A DNA stretch of 64,000 bases. It comes from Desulfitobacteriia bacterium (GTDB lineage Bacteria; Bacillota; Desulfitobacteriia; Desulfitobacteriales; Syntrophobotulaceae). The translations under genes and the position numbers were made by a program. Shown one piece after another: positions 1 through 9,134 of the stretch (positions are counted from its first letter, which is position 1; each line of letters starts with the position of its first letter). The notes below the pieces were generated by a model. The model was not told the origin of the DNA, searched no databases, and worked only from the letters and a program-made list of their open reading frames with translations. The stretch is taken from positions 10 to 64,009 of the forward strand of contig JBMNGP010000038.1 of NCBI GenBank assembly GCA_050949905.1, given 5' to 3'.

Positions 1-1952
1 CAGGCAGTCAACGATGCCGGGACCACAGCCGCAATGCAGGCCGCAATTGAAGATAACGCAGCTGTTCTTGGTCTGGACATGGAATCTTACAACGAGCTGA
101 TAGAAGCCAGGCAACCCTCAGTCAGCGTAGACCTGGTAGCTAACAAAGGCGAAGGCTACACCTTAGACAGTTTGAAGAAGACCTTCAACGCCATAGTAGC
201 CACCCGTCATGCGACCCAGGCTTCAATGGATAAAGTGAACAATGCCGAGAGCATTGCAGACCTTGAAGGAATCTCATGGGTAACCGACCTGCTAGCCCAG
301 TTTGAGGCAGCAGATGAGGTTTATGATTACCATTCCGGTATCCTGTTAACGGAAAAGATAAACACACTACAGGTTTTAGTAACCAGATACGAAGCTCTAC
401 CCGAAGCCAACCAGGAAGCAGCACTTGAGGCAGTGCTTGAAGGAGCACCCTATGCCAGATCACAAGCTACCACAGAGGCCTTAGATGCAGCATTGACCGA
501 ACAGGAAGACATCATAGGTCAAGTACAAGCAGCCCTCCAGGCAGTCAACGATGCCGGGACCACAGCCGCAATGCAGGCCGCAATTGAAGATAACGCAGCT
601 GTTCTTGGTCTGGACATGGAATCTTACAACGAGCTGATAGAAGCCAGGCAACCCTCAGTCAGCGTAGACCTGGTAGCTAACAAAGGCGAAGGCTACACCT
701 TAGACAGTTTGAAGAAGACCTTCAACGCCATAGTAGCCACCCGTCATGCGACCCAGGCTTCAATGGATAAAGTGAACAATGCCGAGAGCATTGCAGACCT
801 TGAAGGAATCTCATGGGTAACCGACCTGCTAGCCCAGTTTGAGGCAGCAGATGAGGTTTATGATTACCATTCCGGTATCCTGTTAACGGAAAAGATAAAC
901 ACACTACAGGTTTTAGTAACCAGATACGAAGCTCTACCCGAAGCCAACCAGGAAGCAGCACTTGAGGCAGTGCTTGAAGGAGCACCCTATGCCAGATCAC
1001 AAGCTACCACAGAGGCCTTAGATGCAGCATTGACCGAACAGGAAGACATCATAGGTCAAGTACAAGCAGCCCTCCAGGCAGTCAACGATGCCGGGACCAC
1101 AGCCGCAATGCAGGCCGCAATTGAAGATAACGCAGCTGTTCTTGGTCTGGACATGGAATCTTACAACGAGCTGATAGAAGCCAGGCAACCCTCAGTCAGC
1201 GTAGACCTGGTAGCTAACAAAGGCGAAGGCTACACCTTAGACAGTTTGAAGAAGACCTTCAACGCCATAGTAGCCACCCGTCATGCGACCCAGGCTTCAA
1301 TGGATAAAGTGAACAATGCCGAGAGCATTGCAGACCTTGAAGGAATCTCATGGGTAACCGACCTGCTAGCCCAGTTTGAGGCAGCAGATGAGGTTTATGA
1401 TTACCATTCCGGTATCCTGTTAACGGAAAAGATAAACACACTACAGGTTTTAGTAACCAGATACGAAGCTCTACCCGAAGCCAACCAGGAAGCAGCACTT
1501 GAGGCAGTGCTTGAAGGAGCACCCTATGCCAGATCACAAGCTACCACAGAGGCCTTAGATGCAGCATTGACCGAACAGGAAGACATCATAGGTCAAGTAC
1601 AAGCAGCCCTCCAGGCAGTCAACGATGCCGGGACCACAGCCGCAATGCAGGCCGCAATTGAAGATAACGCAGCTGTTCTTGGTCTGGACATGGAATCTTA
1701 CAACGAGCTGATAGAAGCCAGGCAACCCTCAGTCAGCGTAGACCTGGTAGCTAACAAAGGCGAAGGCTACACCTTAGACAGTTTGAAGAAGACCTTCAAC
1801 GCCATAGTAGCCACCCGTCATGCGACCCAGGCTTCAATGGATAAAGTGAACAATGCCGAGAGCATTGCAGACCTTGAAGGAATCTCATGGGTAACCGACC
1901 TGCTAGCCCAGTTTGAGGCAGCAGATGAGGTTTATGATTACCATTCCGGTAT
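1..1952 (+). repeat. 537-bp tandem repeat: three full copies plus a 341-bp partial copy with apparently 100% nucleotide identity, then a diverged copy
   Basis: The string CAGGCAGTCAACGATGCCGGGACCACAGCC starts at 1, 538, 1075 and 1612. The antisense ORFs at 185-463, 722-1000 and 1259-1537 are identical. Identity breaks at about 1952 (ATCCTGTTAACGG becomes ATTGCTCTTAGTG). Confidence 0.95.
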
Positions 1953-2736
1953 TGCTCTTAGTGAGAAGATAGCTACACTTCAAGGCTTGGTAGAGAGGTA
2001 CAATTCCTTAGATGAAGCTGGTAAAGCAGCCGTATTACAGAAGCTGCTGGATAAGAGACCGGAAGACGGTTATGCAAGGTCTCAGGCTACAACTGATGCT
2101 TTGGCTGAGGCTTTGACCGAGGTTGAAGCAGAACCGTTTGCTTCCACTTACAAGTTCAGCTATGAAGTACCGGAAGAAGTGATTGCCGGCGAGTCGTACA
2201 CCGTGCCGGTGAAAATTGAGCCGGAAACGGTAGGCGACGTTGGCTATGAGCGGGTACGCTTTGACGTAGAGGTGACCACACCTGAGGGAGCGACCGTGCA
2301 TCTGTTGGCCAACGATACGAACGGTGTCGTACATGACGTGGCCCAGATAGGCTACTGGGGACCGGAATACGGCTTCCCGATTAGTGCCGACTACAGTGAG
2401 ACCACTGAATTCACGGCGATCTTCAGTGATGCTGGCGAGTACACCATTACCTTCAGCCTGGTAGATTTGGATGCTGGAGAAGCCCTGGTTACCGAGACCG
2501 TGACGATTGAGGTGATTGGAGCAGTAGGGCCGGTAGAGGCTTTAATCACAGACTTACCGGAAGTGCCTGATGATCCAGCGCCGGAGCTGCCGGATTTGAG
2601 CAAGCCGAAACCAGATGGCGAAAAGCTCACAGCAATCTACAATTACCTTGCGTATTTGGAGAATGCTGAAGCAGTAGCAGCGGCAAAAGAAGCCTTTGAC
2701 GCCTTAGACCCGAGCGACCAAGCCCGGGTGGACTAG
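1..2736 (+). CDS. Repetitive cell-surface protein, 5' end outside the window; 179-aa helical repeat units followed by an Ig-like beta domain and a Pro-rich linker
   Basis: Frame 1 is open from nt 1 (QAVNDAGTTAA precedes the first Met at 34), with stop TAG at 2734-2736. The 179-aa unit is repeated exactly. The C-terminal segment YKFSYEVPEEVIAGESYTVPVKIEPE...TVTIEV looks like an Ig-fold, followed by PEVPDDPAPELPDLSKPKPDG. Confidence 0.75.
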   Translation, partial: QAVNDAGTTAAMQAAIEDNAAVLGLDMESYNELIEARQPSVSVDLVANKGEGYTLDSLKKTFNAIVATRHATQASMDKVNNAESIADLEGISWVTDLLAQFEAADEVYDYHSGILLTEKINTLQVLVTRYEALPEANQEAALEAVLEGAPYARSQATTEALDAALTEQEDIIGQVQAALQAVNDAGTTAAMQAAIEDNAAVLGLDMESYNELIEARQPSVSVDLVANKGEGYTLDSLKKTFNAIVATRHATQASMDKVNNAESIADLEGISWVTDLLAQFEAADEVYDYHSGILLTEKINTLQVLVTRYEALPEANQEAALEAVLEGAPYARSQATTEALDAALTEQEDIIGQVQAALQAVNDAGTTAAMQAAIEDNAAVLGLDMESYNELIEARQPSVSVDLVANKGEGYTLDSLKKTFNAIVATRHATQASMDKVNNAESIADLEGISWVTDLLAQFEAADEVYDYHSGILLTEKINTLQVLVTRYEALPEANQEAALEAVLEGAPYARSQATTEALDAALTEQEDIIGQVQAALQAVNDAGTTAAMQAAIEDNAAVLGLDMESYNELIEARQPSVSVDLVANKGEGYTLDSLKKTFNAIVATRHATQASMDKVNNAESIADLEGISWVTDLLAQFEAADEVYDYHSGIALSEKIATLQGLVERYNSLDEAGKAAVLQKLLDKRPEDGYARSQATTDALAEALTEVEAEPFASTYKFSYEVPEEVIAGESYTVPVKIEPETVGDVGYERVRFDVEVTTPEGATVHLLANDTNGVVHDVAQIGYWGPEYGFPISADYSETTEFTAIFSDAGEYTITFSLVDLDAGEALVTETVTIEVIGAVGPVEALITDLPEVPDDPAPELPDLSKPKPDGEKLTAIYNYLAYLENAEAVAAAKEAFDALDPSDQARVD

Positions 2737-2750
2737 GCACTAAAGCCAAG

Positions 2751-4412
2751 TTGGATGCTGCGGTGGCGAAGATATCCGAGCTGAAAGCGTTTGTGATAGA
2801 CAATACGACCATAGGCGTTGGGACGTATAAAGAGGACTATTCAGGGTTAACCGAAGGCGCCAAAGGCCGGATCATGGTTAGCGTACAATGGCCCTTCCGT
2901 CTAGCAGACGGGTTTAATACAGAAGAAGGTCTGACCAGCATAGAAGAATACCTTTACAATGATGAACGTGGAGAGCTTGTTAGGAACGTAGCTGTTCTGG
3001 ACAAGATGAACCCCAGCACAACTGGCAACTGGCCATGCAACCTTTCAGGTTCATTTGACCTTGGGGTTCAAAGGATAAGTTCCAGTGGCAGTTGGAACAA
3101 TGGGCTCTATGAGCTAACTGGTGACGAAGTAACCCAAGCTGACTTACCGGATAAAGTGGTGGTTGAGTTCACCTACAAAGGTGTATTGTTTGTAATTGAG
3201 GAAGAGGTAGAACTCACTCCAGAGATGTTTATAGCGGAACCTTCCCCTGAAGATTTCGGATATACTTTCGATGCTGCAACAAAAACAATTACTGGCTATA
3301 ATGGCGACGAAGCCGCACTTGTAATACCAAGCAGCTTTAAGGTGGATGGAGTTAACGTACCGGTAGAGATAATAAAGGAGTATGCATTTTCCAACAATAC
3401 AACACTAACGAGTGTTGAGATGCCTGACACACTCAAAACGATTTATAGAAACGCCTTTGCAGGATGCACAAATTTAGAGTCAGTCCATTTGGGAAATAAT
3501 GTAAGTACAATATCAACGTATGCATTTGATGGATGCACTAGCCTGAAATCAATAGCAATTCCGAATAGCGTGACAAGCTTAGGTACTTATGCGTTTAGAG
3601 GATGCTCGAATCTCGAAACCATTACAATCGGATCTGGACTTACGACTATTACCAATAATGTATTTGAAGGATGCAGCAAACTGAACAATGTCACCATTCC
3701 TTCTAACATAACCTTACTTGGAAAAGATACTTTTAAAGACTGTGTGGGATTGACCGATCTCACCATTGAAGGAAATGTACGCGGGACAAACGGAGGAGCT
3801 TTCAGCGGATGTAGTAATTTAACTACTGTGACAATCGGAAACAGTGTGACATCAATAGGCAATTACTTATTCCAAAACCATTCGGCACTAACCAGCATAA
3901 TTATTCCAGTAGGTGTTACTGAGTTTGGGCAATTTGCATTTTCGGGGACAGGTTTAACCAGCATTGAAATCCCAAGCAGTGTTACAACATTAGGTAATTA
4001 TGTGTTCCAGAACTGTAATAAACTTGGGTCTATTGCAATCCCTGATACCGTAACATCATTAGGAACATATGCTTTTGCAGGTTGTACGGAATTGTCGGAC
4101 ATAACAATAGGAAGCGGGCTGACTACAATAAAAGATAATACGTTTGCTAGATGCCCAAGTCTGGTTTCGATGGTAATTCCTGATAACATTACAAGCATAG
4201 GGTACTCAGCTTTTATCGGAACATATGAATCAGGTGCTTTTACGGGAGAGAACCTAGATAAAATAATTATCGGAGCAGATGTGATGATTGCCGGTGATGT
4301 GTTTGGGACAGCACCAAGAAACACATTTGAAGAAACCTATGCAGCAAATGGAAAAGCTGCTGGTACGTATGTCTTTGATGGTGAAAAATGGACGAAGCAA
4401 TCTTTGCAATAG
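2751..4412 (+). CDS. BspA/TpLRR-type leucine-rich-repeat surface protein domain, probably the frameshifted continuation of the upstream repeat protein
   Basis: About 12 repeats of 22-25 aa follow the pattern AFxGCxxLxSIxIPxSVTxIGxxAF. The ORF has only a TTG start, no Shine-Dalgarno sequence and no signal peptide. Its frame is open back to 2700 and overlaps the end of the previous ORF. Confidence 0.8.
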   Translation: MDAAVAKISELKAFVIDNTTIGVGTYKEDYSGLTEGAKGRIMVSVQWPFRLADGFNTEEGLTSIEEYLYNDERGELVRNVAVLDKMNPSTTGNWPCNLSGSFDLGVQRISSSGSWNNGLYELTGDEVTQADLPDKVVVEFTYKGVLFVIEEEVELTPEMFIAEPSPEDFGYTFDAATKTITGYNGDEAALVIPSSFKVDGVNVPVEIIKEYAFSNNTTLTSVEMPDTLKTIYRNAFAGCTNLESVHLGNNVSTISTYAFDGCTSLKSIAIPNSVTSLGTYAFRGCSNLETITIGSGLTTITNNVFEGCSKLNNVTIPSNITLLGKDTFKDCVGLTDLTIEGNVRGTNGGAFSGCSNLTTVTIGNSVTSIGNYLFQNHSALTSIIIPVGVTEFGQFAFSGTGLTSIEIPSSVTTLGNYVFQNCNKLGSIAIPDTVTSLGTYAFAGCTELSDITIGSGLTTIKDNTFARCPSLVSMVIPDNITSIGYSAFIGTYESGAFTGENLDKIIIGADVMIAGDVFGTAPRNTFEETYAANGKAAGTYVFDGEKWTKQSLQ

Positions 4413-4482
4413 TATAGCTTGATGAGCCACGCAAACCATGCTCAAGTCACTGAATCGGGGTTTATACTCTTTCATGATTCCA

Positions 4483-4527
4483 CAAAGTTAGCAAGAGAGC
4501 CGGCCCTCTTTCGAGGTGTCGGCTCTC
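4483..4527. repeat. Copy 1 of the conserved hairpin module CAAAGTTAGCAAGAGAGCC...GGCTCTC, between convergent genes
   Basis: GAGAGCCG (4494-4501) pairs with CGGCTCTC (4520-4527), with an inner stem CCTC/GAGG. The same module recurs at 9155-9199 and 9970-10015. Confidence 0.8.
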
Positions 4528-4762
4528 AATCGTCTTTATAAACTATATAAGCTATTGGAATACCTTTAAGCTTTTCAGCTAACTGGGCTTTAAGGAATTC
4601 TTCACCTTCGGTGCGTACATTTTCCCGGTAGCAGTATTTTCCTCCGCCCCGTCCGGTCATAAGAGTGGTATCAAAGAGGTCAACGGCTTTGGTGAAGGCT
4701 TCCTTATTAATAGCCCTGTGGACATAGCTGTAAGTCATGAAGATGATTTCTATGAATAATTG
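4526..4762 (-). pseudogene. splB: Spore photoproduct lyase, 3' fragment separated from the 5' part by an IS21-family insertion
   Basis: LFIEIIFMTYSYVHR...GRGGGKYCYRENVRTEGEEF matches the C-terminal region of B. subtilis SplB as recalled (ITFELIQHRFT...GKYIYQKDE). It is in frame with the 5' fragment once the IS and one target-duplication copy are removed. Confidence 0.8.
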
Positions 4763-4903
4763 TGTTTATGGCAAAATAAAATTGTAGCACTTCGGAAGTA
4801 GAAAAATATAGCAGTTAAATGGAAAAACCATTGCCAGCACCCCTCAAATACAATACCCTTTGAGTTGCAAAGCTTAAAGGGGGTAAAGAAAGGAATGTTG
4901 ACA

Positions 4904-6406
4904 ATGGAACAAATCAATAATATCAGATACCTGTTTAAATATAAAGGGAAAAGCCTGCGCAGCATTTCCTCGGAAACAGGTCACCACTTTAATACCGTTA
5001 AAAAATATGTAGAAAAGGAAAACTTTAATTTGGAACTGCCACCAGCCAAATCTAAACCCCGTAAGTTGGCTCCATATACTGATTTGATTGATTCCTGGCT
5101 AATTGCAGATCTTAATGCCAAACCGAAGCAAAGACACACAGCACAAAGAGTATATAATCGCTTAAAAGAGCAATTCCCAGAGTTTGATGTCTCTGACCGG
5201 TCCGTGAGGGCTTATGTATCAAAGCGTAAGAAAGAGATTGGATTAACAAGTAATGGTTATTTGCCTCTTGATCATCCTCCGGGAGAAGCTCAGCTAGACT
5301 TCGGTTCAGCTCAGTTCATTGAAAAGGGAGTTTTATACAACGGATATTACCTTAACCTATCTTTTCCTTATAGCAACGGAGGCTATCTCCAGTTATTCAA
5401 AGCCGAGAACCAAGAGTGCTTACTGGAAGGGTTGAAGAACATCTTCGAGTATATGGGGAAAGTTCCTACCCATATTTGGTTTGACAATATGTCTACCGTA
5501 GTAAAAAACATACGTAAAAATGGTGAAAGAGATGTCACTCAAGGGTTTAACAGGTTCATGCTCCACTACAATTTCCGAAGCAACTACTGTAATCCAAACA
5601 GTGGGCATGAGAAGGGGCATGTTGAGGTTAAAGTAGGTTACCATCGAAGAAACTTCCTCGTGCCGATTCCGGAATTTGAAGATCTGCAAGATTACAACAG
5701 AGAATTACTTAAAATGTGCGATAAAGATATGCAGCGCAAACACTACAAGAAAAAGAAATTAATCTGTACTCTTTTTGCTGAAGACAAAGCTGCTATGGAT
5801 AACCTTCCGGAAGTTGCTTTTGAAGTGTATAGATTAGAGCCGGTAAAAGCAGATAAATATGGGAAAATTCGTTTTGACAACAAACTCTATTCATCTTCCC
5901 CGAGATATGCTAACCAAGAATTATGGCTTAAAGTAGGGGCCGATATTATAGAAATCATGAATAAAGACTACCAGGTAATAGTAAAACACTCTAGGTTATA
6001 TGGAGAGCAAAAAGAATCAATGATTTGGGGACCATACCTGAATCTTATGGCTAAAAGGCCGACGGCACTAAAATATACTGGTTTTTTCAAAGAACTGCCA
6101 TCTACAATTCAAGACTATTTTAATAAATGTGATTACACAGAAAAGAAAAGGTCACTTAAGCTTTTGTCATCAATTCTTCAAGATCAAGATATGGCAACTG
6201 CGGAAAAAGCTTTTGCTGAATCTTTAAGGCGGAATCTAATAAATACTGACAGTTTACAAGCTATTTATAACCATCAAAATTCTAACCTTCCGGAAAATAA
6301 CTTTTTCAAGCTGCCTAGTAACCTTCCGGAAGTTCAGAAGTATAACCCAGACTTACATGTCTATGATCTCCTGATTAAGGAAGGTGATCAGGCATGCAAG
6401 CATTGA
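4904..6406 (+). CDS. istA: IS21-family transposase IstA (N-terminal HTH plus DDE domain)
   Basis: The product has typical IstA length and layout, MEQINNIRYLFKYKGKSLRSIS (HTH) followed by a DDE region. It overlaps istB by 13 nt. Alternative starts are at 4865 and 4895. Confidence 0.88.
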   Translation: MEQINNIRYLFKYKGKSLRSISSETGHHFNTVKKYVEKENFNLELPPAKSKPRKLAPYTDLIDSWLIADLNAKPKQRHTAQRVYNRLKEQFPEFDVSDRSVRAYVSKRKKEIGLTSNGYLPLDHPPGEAQLDFGSAQFIEKGVLYNGYYLNLSFPYSNGGYLQLFKAENQECLLEGLKNIFEYMGKVPTHIWFDNMSTVVKNIRKNGERDVTQGFNRFMLHYNFRSNYCNPNSGHEKGHVEVKVGYHRRNFLVPIPEFEDLQDYNRELLKMCDKDMQRKHYKKKKLICTLFAEDKAAMDNLPEVAFEVYRLEPVKADKYGKIRFDNKLYSSSPRYANQELWLKVGADIIEIMNKDYQVIVKHSRLYGEQKESMIWGPYLNLMAKRPTALKYTGFFKELPSTIQDYFNKCDYTEKKRSLKLLSSILQDQDMATAEKAFAESLRRNLINTDSLQAIYNHQNSNLPENNFFKLPSNLPEVQKYNPDLHVYDLLIKEGDQACKH

Positions 6407-7116
6407 TTAAAGAATACTGTAAGACCTTAAAGATCGGCCGCACATTCTACCTGGATTACAAAGATATTGAGGCTGTTTCCAACGAAGAGTTTCTTCTTAA
6501 GCTTTTAAAGCGGGAACTTGCTCAAAGGGAAATCTCCCGCAAAAAAAGACTCCTTAAAAGTGCCGGATTTGATGTTGTTAAAACCTTTCAGGATTATAGC
6601 TTTGAGTATATAGACATTCCGAAAACAATAAGTCTGGAAGACCTTAAAAATGCTCACTTTATTAAAAACAAGGAGAATCTTATCCTGTATGGCCCTGTAG
6701 GAACCGGCAAAACTCACCTAGCAACGGCTATTGGAGTTGAAGCCTGCAACCAAGGTAAAACCGTCAAATTCTTTCGTACAGCAGCTCTTGTTAACCAACT
6801 ATCCGAGGCCAAAGCTTCCGGCACATTAAACAAATATATGCGTCAGATCCAAAAGTGCGATCTTTTGATCTGTGATGAATGGGGCTATGTACCTTTTGAA
6901 AAAGGAGGTGCCCAATTACTTTTCCAAGTAATCTCAGAGTGTTACGAGAAACGCAGCGTCATTATTACCACTAACCTTGAGTTCAGCCGTTGGAACGGCA
7001 TATTCTTCGATGAGAAAATGACCAGTGCTATAATAGACCGTCTTATTCATCACAGCCACCTGCTCGTATTTAACGGTCCAAGCTACCGACTAACCCATTC
7101 AACCATTAATTTCTAA
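6394..7116 (+). CDS. istB: IS21-family helper ATPase IstB
   Basis: Walker A is GPVGTGKTH and Walker B is LLICDEWGY. The 240-aa product has a start that overlaps the end of istA. Confidence 0.92.
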   Translation: MQALIKEYCKTLKIGRTFYLDYKDIEAVSNEEFLLKLLKRELAQREISRKKRLLKSAGFDVVKTFQDYSFEYIDIPKTISLEDLKNAHFIKNKENLILYGPVGTGKTHLATAIGVEACNQGKTVKFFRTAALVNQLSEAKASGTLNKYMRQIQKCDLLICDEWGYVPFEKGGAQLLFQVISECYEKRSVIITTNLEFSRWNGIFFDEKMTSAIIDRLIHHSHLLVFNGPSYRLTHSTINF

Positions 7117-7181
7117 ATATGGAAACAGGGGTGCTACATATTTAACTTCCGGAATGCTATATTTTTTACTTGCCAAAAACA

Positions 7182-7972
7182 AATTGGGCTTTGGCTTAGG
7201 GCGATAGTTCGTCAGCCAGTTGGTCGATTAATTCAGCATAAAGCTCCCGCCAGTTGTCGGTTAAGACAATGGGTGCAATTAGCATTCCCACTTTGTAGCC
7301 TGCCTCAACCATCTTGTTCAGGGCTTGGATTCTTGCCTGAAGAGAGCTTGTTCCGAATTCAACTTTTCGAATGATTTGCTGGGGGTTGACACTCATCCGC
7401 ATGATGATTTTTCCCCGGTGGTTAAGTGCGAGAAGAGGATCCACCATGTCAAACTTGGTAGGAAAGGTCAGGAATCCTTTTTTGCTGATGCTAAAGTTTT
7501 CAATTGTCCATTCTAGATTGCCTGTAATAGTGTTTTCAAGAACGAGGTCACTATTGCTGCCAATCTCAAAGACAAGCTCCTTTTCAGCAAGTCGGGCTGT
7601 TCTCAGCAGCTTTTCCATCATTTGTTCTCGGTTCACAAACAAGCGCAGATAGGAGCATTTGTTGTAATTGCAGACCAAATAGCAATAAAGGCACATCGCA
7701 CTGCATCCGGACGAGGTATAGGGTACCAAGTAATCAGAGATTTTATTATTAGGTACATGTTTTAAGGACTTCCGTACTCCGATAATTAGATACCTCTTCA
7801 TTTTTGGAAAGTCTTTATTGGGATTTGTGCGCAATTCTTCAATGTTATTGTGATTTTCGATCGGAAGCCAGGGTACATCCTTAAATTTTTCTTGGAGTTG
7901 TTTTCCTAGTTTATAGTCAAGAATGGCCGGTTCGTAAAAAACTTTGTCCGGCAGAAATTTGCCTGGCTGCAC
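7182..7972 (-). pseudogene. splB: Spore photoproduct lyase, 5' fragment (radical SAM), ending at a premature TAA (7196-7198) 15 nt before the IS junction
   Basis: The N-terminus FLPDKVFYEPAILDYKLGKQLQEKF and the radical-SAM motif CSAMCLYCYL (CX3CX2C) resemble B. subtilis SplB. The ORF is 258 aa against an expected length of about 340 aa. Confidence 0.85.
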
Positions 7973-8218
7973 TTATTTATCCCCTTTCCGCATAGCTGCC
8001 GGGAGATCTCGGGCTTTCTTTGTTTTAGGATATTATGCCCATTAAAATCTGCCCCATGCCTTCTAAAATGAGCTTAGGATATACCTTGCTGGTCGCTTTT
8101 ACCGAAGATAAGGGCAGGATGGTGGAAGAAAATACTATTAATATGGTTAAACTGACTAGACACTATGATATAATATAACTGGGAGTTATTAGGGTACAAA
8201 GAAAGGTCAGCTAGAGCT

Positions 8219-8629
8219 ATGAGTATGAATTGTCCTGATTTTATAAAGAATATTATCCAGTATCTTCGGGAGGAGTTGGATCCCGACGCTATTGTGCTCT
8301 TTGGCTCACTTGTGACAGGGGCTATTAGGGAGGATAGTGACGTGGATATCGCTTTTTTAAGCGAAAAAGAAGTACCGCCGGTTGACCTCTTTTTCATCAC
8401 TCAGCGCCTGGCAGGCAAATTAAATAGGGATGTTGATTTGGTTGACTTAAAGAAGGCCTCTACTGTATTTCAAGCCCAGATCGTAGGAAAAGGCAGCCCT
8501 ATATATATAAGAGATAAAAGGAAATACGCAGAGTTTCAAATACGAGCATTGAAGGATTATGTTATCCTCAATGAGGAGCGCGCTCAAATCCTGAAAAATA
8601 TTGCCCAAAGGGGTAGGGTCTATAATTAA
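8219..8629 (+). CDS. mntA: Minimal nucleotidyltransferase (MNT, MntA-type antitoxin)
   Basis: The motif is LFGSLVTGAIREDSDVDIAF (GSx10-11 DxD). An extended -10 promoter TGATATAAT lies at 8166-8174. Confidence 0.85.
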   Translation: MSMNCPDFIKNIIQYLREELDPDAIVLFGSLVTGAIREDSDVDIAFLSEKEVPPVDLFFITQRLAGKLNRDVDLVDLKKASTVFQAQIVGKGSPIYIRDKRKYAEFQIRALKDYVILNEERAQILKNIAQRGRVYN

Positions 8630-8685
8630 AATTCTGCAAGTACTCTCTCATAATTAGCAAATAAGTTAAAAAAGGATTGAAGCTT

Positions 8686-9087
8686 ATGACCGATGACATC
8701 ATTTATAATAAAATTGCTATCATCGAACGGTGCTTATATCGGATAAACGAAGAATACAATAACGATTCTGCCAATCTGAAAAATATCACCAAGCAAGATT
8801 CCATTGTTCTAAATATCCAGCGAGCCTGCGAAGCAAGTATAGATTTGGCTATGCATTTTGTTGCTGTGAAAAGATTAGGGATTCCTCAGAACAGCCGCGA
8901 TGCATTTGACATGCTGGCGGCTAATTCAATTATTAACAAAGAATTAGCCGATAGATTGAAAGCTATGGTGGGGTTTCGCAATATAGCTGCACATAACTAC
9001 CAAGATTTGGATTTGTCAATAATTGAACAAATAATAAAGAATAACCTAAAGGATTTATTGCAGTTAAATAAGGTCATTCTGATATAA
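8686..9087 (+). CDS. hepT: HEPN/DUF86 toxin (HepT-type)
   Basis: The Rx4H motif is in FRNIAAHNYQDLD. The size of about 133 aa fits. The gene lies directly downstream of the MNT gene. The track ORF starts at TTG 8677, but ATG 8686 is preferred. Confidence 0.85.
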   Translation: MTDDIIYNKIAIIERCLYRINEEYNNDSANLKNITKQDSIVLNIQRACEASIDLAMHFVAVKRLGIPQNSRDAFDMLAANSIINKELADRLKAMVGFRNIAAHNYQDLDLSIIEQIIKNNLKDLLQLNKVILI

Positions 9088-9134
9088 CAGATGTTCCCCT
9101 GTTTTTCACAAATTGGGAATAATAGGACCGCCTG

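Larger units (their letters stand above)
4763..7181 (+). mobile_element. IS21-family insertion sequence (2419 bp) carrying istA and istB
   Basis: The ends are TG...CA. The imperfect terminal inverted repeats are TGTTTATGGCAA on the left and TGTTTTTGGCAA (reverse complement) on the right. The 5-bp direct target duplication AATTG lies at 4758-4762 and 7182-7186. Internal subterminal repeats (TGTAGCAC, ATATAGCA) occur at both ends. Confidence 0.9.

Noticed and set aside
185-1537. Three identical 92-aa minus-strand ORFs (185-463, 722-1000, 1259-1537).
   Set aside because: They are antisense to the long open repeat-protein frame and exist only because the 537-bp unit is repeated. They have no start context and Cys/Arg/Leu-rich nonsense composition.
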